From contig OZ024744.1 of the NCBI GenBank assembly GCA_964016885.1, positions 67,332,001 through 67,396,000 on the forward strand: a stretch of 64,000 bases of DNA, written 5' to 3'. The notes under the pieces were generated by a model that saw nothing but the letters and a program-made list of their open reading frames with translations, ran no database searches and was not told the DNA's origin. The DNA is from Eledone cirrhosa (lineage: Eukaryota). Both the position numbers and the translations under genes were made by a program. Positions 1-13,358 of the stretch are shown here, piece after piece. Each line of letters starts with the position of its first letter. The first letter of the stretch is position 1.

Positions 1-69
<69 letters not shown>

Positions 70-82
70 CATATATACATAA

Positions 83-145
<63 letters not shown>

Positions 146-549
146 CATATATAAATGAATGCATATGCATGTGCATGTACATATATAAGTGAATGCATAT
201 ATTTATGTAATATATGCATTCATTTATATATATATGTATGCATATTTAAAAGAAAATATGTTTTCTGCAAGTTAACTGATAACACAAGAAACAAACTAGA
301 GTGCTTTTAACGATGTAAGTAAAGAGCTTCACATCTTTACTTCAAATGCTCGTAAACAGTTTTAAGACTTTTTTCCCCATCTTTCTTTGATCTGAAATAT
401 ATAAACATTCTTCATTGATACACACAGGCACATACAAACCCACACACACATGCACACACACACACGTACACACACGTACACATACAGACACACGCATGCA
501 CACACGCACACCCACACACGCACATGCACACGCGCACAGACACACACAT

Positions 550-623
<74 letters not shown>

Positions 624-746
624 TGTAGCTATAGATTTATGGTGGTTCGCTTTGAGCACAATGAAATATTTATGAGTATGTATAATTTATACGTGCAGAT
701 ATTACAATTCTCCATGTGTGTGTTTGTGCATAAGTGCGTGTATATG

Positions 747-842
<96 letters not shown>

Positions 843-855
843 AGTGCGTGCGTGC

Positions 856-926
<71 letters not shown>

Positions 927-935
927 TGTGTGTTT
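1..935. repeat. (TA)n, (CA)n and (TG)n/(TGCG)n microsatellite cluster
   Basis: Direct reading: TA 1-122, TG to about 145, CA about 420-620, TG/TGCG about 748-935. The overlapping CV/HT-repeat ORFs are artefacts of these tracts. Confidence 0.97.
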
Positions 936-1199
936 GTGGACGTGCATGTAAGCGTTCGTATATGCTCAACTGATTGCACGAATATGTTTTTTTAAGACAA
1001 AGCATATGCAGATAAAATCGCTCTGTGGTTCTAATTTACGTAATATGTGTTATAATTGGGTATCGATGAAATAACTTCCCAGTCTATTTTGATGGATTGA
1101 TAGAGCTGTTGGAGCCTCAAAATGCCTTGCGGGGTATTTATTCCCGTGCTTTATCTTCTGAGTTAAAAAAACCACCCGGATCCTTGTTTCCTTTATCCT

Positions 1200-1535
1200 T
1201 CCGAAGACCAACAAAATGAAGTACCAAGGACACATGCAAGAAAGAGACACGAAAGCCTGCATCACCCCTTCTTCCGGCTGGGAAATGTAGGCTGGAGACC
1301 GCGATACCTGGCGTTAGACTGTCCGCAGGGACATTGCAAGTGCAGATGCGAAGAGAGGTCAACTTACAGCTGAAAAGAAGGTCCGAAAACAGCGCATTGC
1401 AGAAATACCAACAACCTTGGATTCCACATGTATCTGCACCAAGTGCAACGAAGTCTGTCACACACGCATCGTTCTGCACAGTCACAGCAGACGATGTCAG
1501 TAACTAGACATGCCTTCAGACGCATGGTCTTCTAT
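1200..1535 (+). mobile_element. RTE-clade (BovB-like) LINE, degenerate 3' fragment
   Basis: Plus-strand translation with stops reads ...GDRDTWR*TVRRDIASADAKRGQLTAEKKVRKQR...CICTKCNEVCHTRIVLHSHSRRCQ* (stop 1501-1503). This matches the C-terminal CxxC...SRIGLxSH zinc finger of RTE/BovB ORFs. Confidence 0.75.
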
Positions 1536-1955
1536 AATATGATATGATATGATATAATATATATATATATATATTAAAAAATTTGCCAAAATTGCTACTA
1601 TACTTCATAGTAATAGCTTGGCTACTGTCTTTTTAACACCCCACTCCTCACTGATTAACCTCGATGTCACGTGATTGATTCTTTTGAATTTGCCACCGAC
1701 CAAGTGGCAGTGATTTTTTCAATGTCTTGGAATTTAGTCCACGCTTGCTTTTTTCCATCCACTGAATTATTTTTGTATAAGTTCCCTGTGTCCACGCATC
1801 GCCAGGTATCTTAGCGGAGAACAGACTTCCTGATGACGAAAGGCTTCTCCATGCTTTCCATTTGGAAACCATGTTTATTCCCTTTCAGAAACTAATTAGT
1901 TGGAGTGAAATTTTAGTAAGTAAGTTAATTTTTATAATTTTCTTATTTTACGTCA

Positions 1956-2296
<341 letters not shown>

Positions 2297-2304
<8 letters not shown>

Positions 2305-2414
2305 AAGGTTTAGTAAATAATGAAAAAGTTTCAAAATAAATTTATAGTAGGTAAAGTCAATTTTTTAAAATTTATTTTGAAACTTTTTCATTATTTACTA
2401 AACCTTGTTTATAT
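2297..2414. repeat. Inverted repeat with about 47-bp arms abutting (TA)n; probable Penelope-like fold-back remnant
   Basis: 2297-2343 (atataaacaaggtttagtaaataatgaaaaagtttcaaaataaattt) is the reverse complement of 2368-2414. Confidence 0.85.
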
Positions 2415-2512
2415 TTGTTCTGGCTCCTTAATTTATTAACCCGCCATTGAACCACACTGGCACTTGGTTGGACAATACATGCGTACCTCGGCGCCTTGTG
2501 CGTGAAAGGACG

Positions 2513-2676
<164 letters not shown>

Positions 2677-2723
2677 TGCATGTGTATGTGTATTCGTGAA
2701 TAAATAATGATAATATTATACTA

Positions 2724-2910
2724 GGCGATGGATTGGCAGTATCAGTAGAGGGTCGGATGCCATGCTTTCCAGCATAGTTACGTCCCTTTACGATCTGAGT
2801 TCAAATCCCGCCGAGGTTGACTTTGCCTTTCATCCTTACGGGGTCGATAAAATAAAGTACCAGTAATGCACTGGGTAATTGCTGGCCTTGTGCCTAAAGT
2901 AGAAACAATT
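2724..2910 (+). mobile_element. tRNA-derived SINE (Nin/Deu-like central domain), family S1
   Basis: A-box-like tggcagtatcagtag, B-box gagttcaaatcc, central gactttgcctttcatccttacggggtcgataaaataaagtaccag, 3' end gtagaaacaatt. At least 8 near-full copies occur in the window. Confidence 0.88.
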
Positions 2911-3030
2911 ATACTAATATCACAAAATTATTAATTTTCGGTTTGTTTGCAAGCAAACACCCTCATTAACACCATGCGTGTTTTCTAGATGAACAAATTC
3001 ATCCTTTGGGTTCAGTGGTAGCTGAGAGAA

Positions 3031-3077
3031 AATAATCGACAATTGTTTCGGAGTGCTTACTCCTTATCAAACACTGT
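3031..3077 (-). ncRNA. Hammerhead-like motif, U3-A8 core variant, degraded stem I
   Basis: Minus strand reads TTGATAA-GGAGT(AAGC)ACTCC-GAAAC-AATT-GTC: perfect stem II, palindromic stem III, weak stem I. Confidence 0.55.
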
Positions 3078-3099
3078 ATTCTCGTCTATATATATGTAT

Positions 3100-3230
3100 A
3101 TTTGGACAAAATATTTTGGAATATGTGTTCAGGCTCTTTACTGTCGTCAACTTTGACTTTCGTCCTTCTGGGGGGTCGATCAAATAAAATACCAATCCAG
3201 AATCATGGATGGTTAGAACTGCCCGGCCTT
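3100..3230 (+). mobile_element. Degenerate S1-related SINE
   Basis: caactttgactttcgtccttctgggggtcgatcaaataaaataccaa resembles the S1 central domain. Confidence 0.55.
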
Positions 3231-3529
3231 CGACAGAGTTTACCTATGACGATATGGGTGCCAAACCTTTTTTTCCTTGGACACATTTGGTAGCCTAAAA
3301 AGGGTGTGGAGGGGGGGGGGGGGGAGACTTGCTGCATTGACATTTACTTGCCGTCCATAAAAAATTAATAACAACTTTTATCTTTATATGGAGAGTTACT
3401 TCTCCTTGTTAAGTGAAGATACATAGCCAATTCTGACTATCAGAAGCCGTATGGGGATAGAGGAAGAAATAATAGTGATGTTATTTGTTTTGTTTTTTTA
3501 TGCACAAGGTCATCCTCCCATTTCCGTCC

Positions 3530-3761
3530 ACTGTGTCGGTGACACAACAAAAAGCACCCAGTCCATACTGTAAAAATGGTCGTGTAGGAGACACGGTAAA
3601 AATGCTCCCAGTCCACCTTGTAAAAGTGGTTGGTGTTAGGAAGAGCATCCAGTCGTAGAAAACCTGCTAGAGACACTTCCGTACGTCCAATCCCGCATCA
3701 AATGGAACAAAACCATCTAACCCATGCTAGCGTCGAAGATGGACTTTTAACGATGATGATA

Positions 3762-3802
<41 letters not shown>

Positions 3803-3826
3803 AATGATGATGATGATGATGATGAT
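3530..3826 (+). mobile_element. SINE 3' portion with (GAT)n tail
   Basis: gtggttggtgttaggaagagcatccagtcgtagaaa...ctaacccatgctagc...ttaac is followed by (GAT)n at 3752-3826. It resembles common cephalopod SINE/RTE-type 3' ends; the 5' boundary is approximate. Confidence 0.6.
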
Positions 3827-4553
3827 GAAGGTCATACATTTGTTTTTGGCTTCGGGATTTTTTTTTTTTTTCTTTTTTTGAGGAAGTGGGCATATGCGTA
3901 GTTGATAATATTAGCCTCAGTACTTAACAGTAATTCATTTTATCTAAACTGGGAAAGTTAAACGTAAAGAGTCATCTTCAACCAATTAATGGTGTAGTTA
4001 AGTAAGGTATTTTATGCGACGCTCAAATATCCGAGAAGAAATCAAATATTATGAATATATAATATAATATAAAAACAAACAAAAAAAGAAATCTAAATAA
4101 GATTTAACAAAGAAAGTTAATGTAAAATTTAAACATCATTTCATGTCCTCTCTCGGTTTCATCCTCCAAAGATTGGAATTTGGTTAGAGCAAAACTCTTT
4201 GATCTCTCTCTCCTTCTCTCTCTCTCACTCTCCATCCTCTCTCTCTCTCTCTCGTTCCATGCCTCTCTTTCGTTCCATCTCCCCCCTCTCTCTCTCTCGT
4301 TCTGTGCTTCTTTTTGTTCCATCTCTCTCCTCTCTCTCTCTCTTTTCCCATACACTCAACCACACAAACACTCACGCACCCACCCCCACCCACACACCCA
4401 CCACCCCACACACACATACGTTACCAGAAAAATCTGCACCCATACACATACAATTAAAGATATAGTTTGAGTCATCACGACCACAACAAACCTGCCATCC
4501 CCAGCGACGCCGCTGCCACCTCCACCACCACCACTACAACTACACCACAATCA

Positions 4554-4740
4554 TAATTGTTTCTACTTTTTGCACAAGGCCAGCAAATACCCAGTACATT
4601 ACTGGTACTTTATTTTAACGACCCCGCAAGGATGAAAGGCAAAGTTAACCACGACGGGATTTGAACTCAGACCGTAAAGGGACGTAACTATGCTAGAAAG
4701 CATGGCGTCCAACCGTCTACCGATACTGCCAATTCACTGC
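4554..4740 (-). mobile_element. SINE family S1
   Basis: Reverse complement of the 2724-2910 consensus. Confidence 0.88.
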
Positions 4741-4917
4741 AATCATAATGTCATTGTGTCTGTATGGAAGACACTCATACTTCAACTGTTGACTCAACAA
4801 CAATCTTAAAAGTCAGTCACTGCAAAGGTTATTGCATACAACCCAGCTATATAAGCAATTTCAACCGTGTAGGATTGTAGGATTGACAAGGATGTACACG
4901 GAAGCTACAGTCTTCTC

Positions 4918-5277
<360 letters not shown>

Positions 5278-5790
5278 TGCAAAAGTTCTATTTAAAATTG
5301 TTGGGATACAACAAGTAAATATTTTTATAACTGATATAAAGCACTCGACAAGTATTTGGAGTAGATATACGATATTAATAAATGGAAACTATATTTATAA
5401 AACCATATTTATTTCATTATACATATTTCAGGGATACCAAATTAAATTATGGTATGCCTTCATCAGACAAAATACAATATATAACAGTTTTACAAATAAG
5501 CTTTGACGTACCCTTTTAAAATGCAACCATTATTTTTGGAGGCCATCTGGATAGTGAGTTGTTTATATTATTTTAATAAGTCATAGTGTTAAGGACAATT
5601 AGAAAAAGACGGAGATGGCCTCCAAAAATAATGGTTGCATTTTAAAAGGGTACGTCAAAGCTTATTTGTAAAACTGTTATATATTGTATTTTGTCTGATG
5701 AAGGCATACCATAATTTAATTTGGTATCCCTGAAATATGTATAATGAAATAAATATGGTTTTATAAATATAGTTTCCATTTATTAATATC

Positions 5791-5796
<6 letters not shown>
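5278..5796 (-). mobile_element. Penelope-like pLTR fold-back insertion with about 184-bp inverted arms
   Basis: 5365-5548 is the reverse complement of 5613-5796, with a 64-bp spacer. Each arm has a hammerhead. The tail at 5278-5364 carries GAGTGCT on the minus strand. TA tracts flank both sides. Confidence 0.8.
5687..5751 (+). ncRNA. Type I hammerhead ribozyme (mirror copy at 5410-5474, minus)
   Basis: TATTTTGT-CTGATGA-AGGcATACC..GGTATcCCT-GAAA-TATGTA-TA-ATGAAATA; stem I pairs with two GU wobbles. Confidence 0.75.
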
Positions 5797-5867
<71 letters not shown>

Positions 5868-5873
5868 TATATA

Positions 5874-5927
<54 letters not shown>

Positions 5928-5950
5928 AACTCTGCTTCGAAAAATCGAGA

Positions 5951-6040
5951 GGTATCTGAGGATCTTGCGATTTCAGAGTCAGGTTCGATCATCGCACCGA
6001 TCGTGCCTCAAGCTGGTCGCTAAAGAAACGATTGTAATAT
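5951..6040 (+). ncRNA. Type I hammerhead-like motif with long stem II
   Basis: GTAT-CTGAGGA-tcttGCGA...TCGCtaaa-GAAAC-GATT-GTA-ATAT inside a TA-flanked island (5923-6090). Confidence 0.55.
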
Positions 6041-6109
6041 GTCTAATAAATTTTAATTCGTCGCACCACTGATTCTCCGTTTCTTATGTGATATATATAT
6101 ATATATATA

Positions 6110-6633
6110 AAATAAAATAAAATAAAATAAATAAGTCAAATGTTTAAAATTTAGCTTCGTTTATTACTGCTATATATATTTCGGTGACAGCCATCTTTGG
6201 CTGTGACCTCTTCAGGCAGTCCGAATTAGTGTGGTATAGACAAGTACATATGTTGTTGAGGTGTATAACTTTGTCAATACTCTGATATGCCCAGTTCCTG
6301 GTTGGGTTGTTATTTCACTGAGGAACTGGAATCATATGAAATAACAACCCAACCAGGAACTGGGCATATCGGAGTATTGACGAAGTTATACACCTCAACA
6401 ACATATGTACTTGTCTGTACCACACCAATTCGGACTGCCTGAAGAGGTCACAGCCAAAGATGGCTGTCACCGAAATATATATACCAGTAATAAACGAAGC
6501 TAAATTTTAAACATTTGACTTATTTATTTTATTTTATTTTACATTACTCCGGAGTAACCAAACCAACCTGCTCACTTCGTCGAGTGCTCCAATCTGCATA
6601 CTGGGGTGTTGGTATACAACCAACATATACTCA
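6110..6633 (+). mobile_element. Penelope-like pLTR fold-back insertion with about 205-bp inverted arms
   Basis: 6110-6317 is the reverse complement of 6337-6540 with a few substitutions and a 19-bp spacer. Each arm has a hammerhead. The tail has TGCTC..GAGTGCT (6582-6588). TA tracts flank both sides. Confidence 0.8.
6166..6220 (-). ncRNA. Type I hammerhead ribozyme (mirror copy at 6434-6488, plus)
   Basis: ACTGC-CTGAAGA-GGTcACAGCCA(AAGA)TGGCTGTcACC-GAAA-TATATA-TA-GCAGT: perfect stem I and palindromic stem III. Confidence 0.85.
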
Positions 6634-6894
6634 ATATATATATATATATATATATCACATATATATCACGATAAATTAACGGAACCATAGACCCTCGTTA
6701 TTCCCTGTAAGATGTGTTCAAAGGAAAAGGAATCCTGAGCTCTTTAAAATGGGTTTTGGGGCTGCCCTTTCTAGCAGCTCATCACTCAGGTGCCACTGGT
6801 TCACTGCCCTACGCACGCTGTCACATCTCTCTGCCGCGTGTAGCTGGACTGTCGCTTTAGATTTTCTTACAGTTGTCTGGAATGTATAGTCTTG

Positions 6895-6975
6895 CACGCG
6901 CTGATGAACCATAGGCTATTCCATTTCAGTCAACAACTTCCTGGCGAAACAGATCTCTTTAGATTTGTACGCGTG
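6895..6975 (+). ncRNA. Canonical type I hammerhead ribozyme
   Basis: CACGCG-CTGATGA-aCCA...TGGc-GAAAC-AGATCT(CTTT)AGATTT-GTA-CGCGTG: 6-bp stem I, 8-bp stem III, GUA triplet. Confidence 0.85.
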
Positions 6976-7258
6976 TGTTATATAGTTATAGAGGTGCGTA
7001 TATACATTTTAATTTATATTTTTAATTATTGTGTGTCTACCCTGCCTTCCATAAATTATAGATTCCATACACTGGTGGCTCCCCTGTTTTATTGATGGCA
7101 CACACACACACACACACACTCTCTCTCTCTCTCTCTCTCTAGTGTGTTACCCTTTCAACATATTGTATATATATATATATATGAATGAAGTAATTCCGTT
7201 AACAGATTTGGTGTTATATTTGCCCTGCAATAGGCATTCATCCGGCTTCCTGCAATGT

Positions 7259-7301
<43 letters not shown>

Positions 7302-7387
7302 CGGAATACAAAAAACAACGTAGGGGTACAGGTTACAACGTAGGGGTACAAGTTTTAATATTTTGTGAGAGTGGGGGTTGTGGGTGC

Positions 7388-7420
7388 GATGTTTCGAGCA
7401 TAAGCCCTTCATCGGGAGAG
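7388..7420 (-). ncRNA. Minimal hammerhead-like motif, degenerate
   Basis: Minus strand reads CCGATGA-aGGGC(TTAT)GCTC-GAAAC-ATC. A related degenerate motif is at 7816-7846 (+): CTGATGA-aGGAC(TAGC)GTCT-aAAAC-GTT. Confidence 0.45.
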
Positions 7421-7928
7421 TAGGGAGTAGGAACTCCTAGAAGGAGTGAGGGTAGAATATAAATATATATATATATAACAAATTATAAAATAAGAAGAAG
7501 TAATAGACACAATATATACCTATTTTTTCATATATGTATACACACACACAAACACACACATATATACACACATACACACACATGTTTACGCACGTGCTCA
7601 AGTATAGTTCTTTTTACAGAACGTTTTTTTTTTTCATTTAAGGTAGACGCGCTCCATTATCCACTTTTCTAAAAAATAAATCAAACACAAAACGCCAGCA
7701 CCAACAGTTTTGCAAGAGATGTCAACATGAATGGACCTGTTATTTTTATCTAAAGACATTTTTTCTAATTCCAACCCGCCCGTCCCCTAATCTATTTTAT
7801 TTCTCATTCTTTCTTCTGATGAAGGACTAGCGTCTAAAACGTTCAGACCCGCTTCCTGGTATATCAAGCGTTAGCCTAATATATCCCTTCCATATACTGT
7901 ACCGATTATGTTGTTATTTCTGTTTACC

Positions 7929-8068
<140 letters not shown>

Positions 8069-8315
8069 GAAAGTATAGAAATTATTGTGAGCGTGAAGCC
8101 AACAGTATTTCATAATATATAAGTGACTATAACGTCAAATTGGAAAAATAATTAACGTAAGATGTGGGAAAATAATTCAAACTCAATTTTAAAAAAAAAT
8201 CAAGACAGATTTATCCACAGAATTTTGTGAAATCCAGGGGAAAAATCAATATAGCCTTAACTCTGAATAAAATAAAGTTTAAATACTCATCCTTCAATTT
8301 GGAAAAACTACAAAT

Positions 8316-8395
8316 GCTCTATATAGTCTTAAAATGACTATTTCACGAAACTTTAAGTGGGGATGGTCACGGTTGTGACCGTTCATCAGTAGAGC
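8316..8395 (-). ncRNA. Canonical type I hammerhead ribozyme
   Basis: GCTCTA-CTGATGA-ACG...CGT-GAAA-TAGTC(ATTTTAA)GACTA-TA-TAGAGC: perfect 6-bp stems I and III. The 3' half is repeated at 10043-10072. Confidence 0.85.
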
Positions 8396-8749
8396 TGAAA
8401 CCCGATAACCCTAAACCACTGCCAGAATATGCCAAAAAGGGAATTTAAAAGCAGGCTAGTTCACCTGATGCGTAATTATGAAAATAAACGCACATGGAGA
8501 GACATGGCTGGTGACGTCAGAATGAGACGAATGTCTGTTTACAGGAAACAGCAGTCAAAAAACATTCCGAAAAAAAAAAACTCTACAAATGTAAGGAGTT
8601 CAGCAAAATAGCAATATTATCGCGGTTTTTTTTTTTAAAAAGACCGGGATTAGTCACAAATAATTTTAAGCACTCTAGGAAAAAATTCCGAGTATAAATA
8701 TAAATGAAAGTATAGAAATTATTGTGAGCGTGAAGCCAACAGTATTTCA

Positions 8750-9838
8750 TCTACTATATAAATTTAAGTGGTCGGACGTTGTATATTTAAGTAAGTAAGT
8801 GTAGTCGGATAAACGTCGAAACGGCTTGGTGGAATGCAGCGACAATTTACACAGTTGTGCAGAATGACCTGAGGAAGCGTTGGGTTGATCTTTAGGGTAC
8901 AAGCTTCCATGGTTACGGAGAAAATCGTCGATGAAACAGGAATTTCCCATTCAAATTGAACTGAGAGTAATCTGTGAACGCAGAAATAAATATTTCGAGA
9001 AACATTCCAACCGAACGAAAACAGGAACAAGATATTTTGGTTCGTGAAGACGTTCCCTGGCAATGAACGGGAAAAAAAGCGAGGATAATACGTCGTTATG
9101 TGGAGCGTGAAGAACAATTTCATGCAAAGACAAGACCAAGTTTATGGTATAAATGGAGTCGTTAGACTAATATTCTATTTAACATAACAGAATAATTTCC
9201 AGCCCCGGAGTTTAAGAATGATGTAAATAAAATTGAAAACGAAAATGACAGAGGTTATTAAAATAGTAAAAGTAAATAGTGAAGATTTAGGCCAGTACAT
9301 ACGTATGCTCCAACGGACATACACATACATACGCACACACAAATACATACCCCCCCCCCCCCCACACACACACAAACACACACACACACACAAGCGCGCG
9401 CGTGTATAAACCTTATGCATTTCTACAGTATTTTCACCAAACTTAAGACATTGGTTAATTATGTACTCCGGATGGCCATGGGCACTTTCATTTTTACAGA
9501 TATTGATTATAGTGCTTCCCGTCAGGTAACCCCCTTTAACCAGTTCCTTGGAGTCGACTGAAGCACTGCAGTGCAATGCAACAAAACGTCATAACCTCTG
9601 GAGTTCGCAACCGATTTTCACAAAACTTGACATATGGGCTACGTTTGTCCTACATATGAATGTGAACTCTCAGAATAGGCAAATGTTGAGTAGGGGACCC
9701 CTGGGGGCAGGAACCCCCTTTTGGAAAAAGCCGATGATTTTGTAAAATTATAGTTTTCGAAGCAGCACTGAAGTATTGACATAAATGGTATACACAACTG
9801 CTATTTAATACCCGAGCAACGCCGGCTACCTCTGTTAG
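8750..9838 (+). mobile_element. Non-autonomous Helitron
   Basis: Starts TCTACTATATA and ends with a GC-rich hairpin (ccgagcaacgccgg) then ctgTTAG, a CTAG variant. It sits between A and T with no TSD. The empty site tttca|taatat is visible at 8112/8113. Confidence 0.85.
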
Positions 9839-10065
9839 TAACATATAAGTGACTATAACGTCAAATTGGAAAAATAATTAACGTAAGATGTGGGAAAATA
9901 ATTCAAACTTAATTCAAAAAAAAATCAAGACATAGATTTATCCACAGAATTTTGTGAAATCCAGGGGAAAAATCAATAGAGCCTTAACTCTGAATAAAAT
10001 AAAGGTTAAATACTCATCCTTCAATTTTGAAAAACTACATATGCTCTATATAGTGTTAAAAAGAC

Positions 10066-10142
<77 letters not shown>

Positions 10143-10146
<4 letters not shown>

Positions 10147-10366
10147 AAGAAAAATAGATGAAATCGAAAATGCAACTGGAGTCTTATTTTAAAATATATA
10201 TATATATTTATTTGGTTCCTTTACCGGTAAAGGAACCAAATAAATATATATATATATTTTTAAATAAGACTCCAGTTGCATTTTCGATTTCATCTTTTTT
10301 TCTTTATACTTTCACTCGTGTAGGACACCGGTATTTTTCATTTTGTAAAAAAAAACCGCACGTTCT
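10143..10366 (+). repeat. Near-perfect 166-bp spacerless palindrome plus tail; Penelope-like fold-back
   Basis: Arms 10143-10225 and 10226-10308 are centred on ttacc|ggtaa. The same family occurs without inversion at about 37500-37640. Confidence 0.85.
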
Positions 10367-10951
10367 AATATATATATATATATTCTGTGGCGGACGTGTT
10401 ATCTCCCCCCCCCCCCCCCCCAAAAAAAAATTAATTCCAATGGTTTACATTTTCTAACACGATATCTTACTTTCTTCTCCTCGCTTTCTTTTCTACTTTT
10501 CCTTTTCTTCCTTTCTTTTCCTTTGTTTCATTCGGGAGCTTTTTGTGTTCTAAGAAACATTGCATTTTTTCCCTGACATCACATAAAATTCTGTGTGTAC
10601 TTGTTATACCTTAATTGCAATAGATTAATGTTTTCTCTGTCATCTCTTATTCCATTGGGCAACGTTTGGCTTATGACATACGCTGTGACCTCGGGTTGAA
10701 CAGCAGTACCGTAGGGCTCAAAACTGCTCAAGTCCATCTCAACGGCCGATTTCTGTGCCTTTCGTTTGTAATTTTATTTCTTTCTTTTTAAATAATTTTT
10801 TAAGGTTTCCTTTAAAAAATTATTTTTCGTTTTACTTTGTTTTCGTTCGTTGTCTTGTACCCCCCTCCCCACACACACACCTAATTTTCCTACGTTTATG
10901 ATATATATATATATATGTCTGTGTGTGTGTGTTTGTACACACACACACACA

Positions 10952-11095
<144 letters not shown>

Positions 11096-11263
11096 ACAGC
11101 CATTATGTAATCAATAACATGAAGTAGATGTTAAACGGATTCTACTTTACTGTTATACCAATATTCTGGAGTACACAGAATCACATATTTACTTCGTCGA
11201 GTGCTTTAGGCTGCGTACACTGGTATCAGTTGATTAACACAAAATATACAAGTATATATATAA

Positions 11264-11294
<31 letters not shown>

Positions 11295-11573
11295 CAAAAA
11301 TACAGGTGGAGAGTTAGGGTGTGTGGGTTACTGAAAATGGAGGGCTAGAAGGTAAACGGGACGTAAACAAGAGAAGAAAAGTATTCCTTCATCAGCTGTT
11401 TACTACAAATCATAGATGTTTCGGCGCTTAAAACAGGACATCGATCTGTAACGCGCCCATGGCCTTTTATCCATCAAAAGGCCACGATGGAAAGAAGTGA
11501 TAGGGAAGAGAGAAGAAGAATAAAAGGAAATGTATATATGTATCTGTGTGAGTGTGTGTGTTTATGTGTGCGT

Positions 11574-11915
11574 GAAGGCACCTGGCTTTATGTTTAGAGC
11601 GTTAGGCTTGCAATTATGAGGTTGTGACTTCGATTCTCGGATTGGATGGTGCGTTGTGTTCTTGAGCAAGACACTTTATTTCACGTTGCTCCAGTTCACT
11701 CAGCTGGAGAAATGTGTTACAGCGTCACTGGTGTTAAGCTGTATCGGTCATTGCCTTTCTCTTGGACAACATTGGTGGCATGGAGAGGGGAGACAGTCTG
11801 GTATACATGCGACTACAGGTCTTCCACAAACAACCTTGCCGGGACTTGTGCCTCGGAGGGGAATTTTCTAGGCGCAAATCCCATGGACGTTCGTGGCCGA
11901 TTGGGGCTTTTACCC
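11574..11915 (+). mobile_element. tRNA-derived SINE with CORE-like domain, family S2
   Basis: tRNA-like head (tggcttta..., cttcgattc) followed by gttgtgttcttgagcaagacactttatttcacgttgctcc. Related copies are at 29651-29770 (+) and about 31045-31200 (-). Confidence 0.75.
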
Positions 11916-11926
11916 TTTATATATAT

Positions 11927-11994
<68 letters not shown>

Positions 11995-11995
<1 letters not shown>

Positions 11996-12917
11996 TTAAA
12001 ACAATGAAATAAAAAATCAAGTCATTAGAGATATACTTCACTGCTTTACGATCGTTTCTAGATGGTGATAATACATTGCATCTATACTCAGTTATTGATC
12101 TATGTAAGTTTACAAACTATCATATAGAGAGAATATTTACTTACATGCATATCACCAGCTGTTTTCAAAAGCAATAATAATTTTATTCAATAATAATTTT
12201 AATTAGAATTAGTATCGTGTCCATATTTGGAGGTAGTTGAAGAACTAACGAATCAAATTGTATTTTTCATATGGTGTTAAGATGAAAAGTAATACACTTT
12301 AGTTGAGGTCATGACCCTTTGAAAGGAATGGTTGAAATGTGTTAGTAGAAATGGCATAAAAATCTATTAGGAAGGGGATTGTCAAAGGGGATACAAACAT
12401 GTATCTTGTATGGTGAATTTAAAAGGAATGTCAAAATAAATGGTGATTAGTGTTGTATGGAATTTTAAGGTGAATATAAATTAGTGCTATCGCTAGGAAA
12501 GATAGTATATTAAAAGATGAAAATGATCATAAGATAATGAGATATAGTAATGCGATAATATACAACTTAACCAACACAATATAATACCGTGTGGTAAATT
12601 GCACTCAGTATAATATAACATATTATACGTTCTAAAATATTACTAAGTATGTTTATGCATAAACAATCAAACTCAGATAAGTACATGTTGGCATAGTTAA
12701 ACACATAAATTTCATAGTCTACAAAGTGCATATATTCACACTACATATAGAGAAAGGTACAGTTATATTGATATCTAACCAAAATATACATACGTGCAGA
12801 TAGATGCAAACCTAAATACACATCCACACGCATGAATATAATCATATATATCCATATCCATACATATCTAAATCCACACATACACATCTATACCCCCATA
12901 TATACATATACACATAC

Positions 12918-13015
<98 letters not shown>

Positions 13016-13267
13016 TTATACATACATACATACATGTACATACATATACACACGCACAAACACACACACACATATATATATATACACATACACATACACA
13101 CAGACATACATATATATATATACACACCCATATATATATATATACATACATATATATATACATATATACATACACATACACATACACACACACATACATA
13201 CACATACATACATACATACATACACAAGCATATACATATATATATACACACATACGCATACATTAAC

Positions 13268-13358
<91 letters not shown>

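Noticed and set aside
2724-2815. tRNA genes at SINE heads
   Set aside because: A/B boxes are present but there is no full cloverleaf, and each continues into a SINE body.
6718-6912. 64-aa minus-strand ORF as a host exon
   Set aside because: It overlaps a plus-strand hammerhead in a microsatellite-flanked island and has no recognisable domain.
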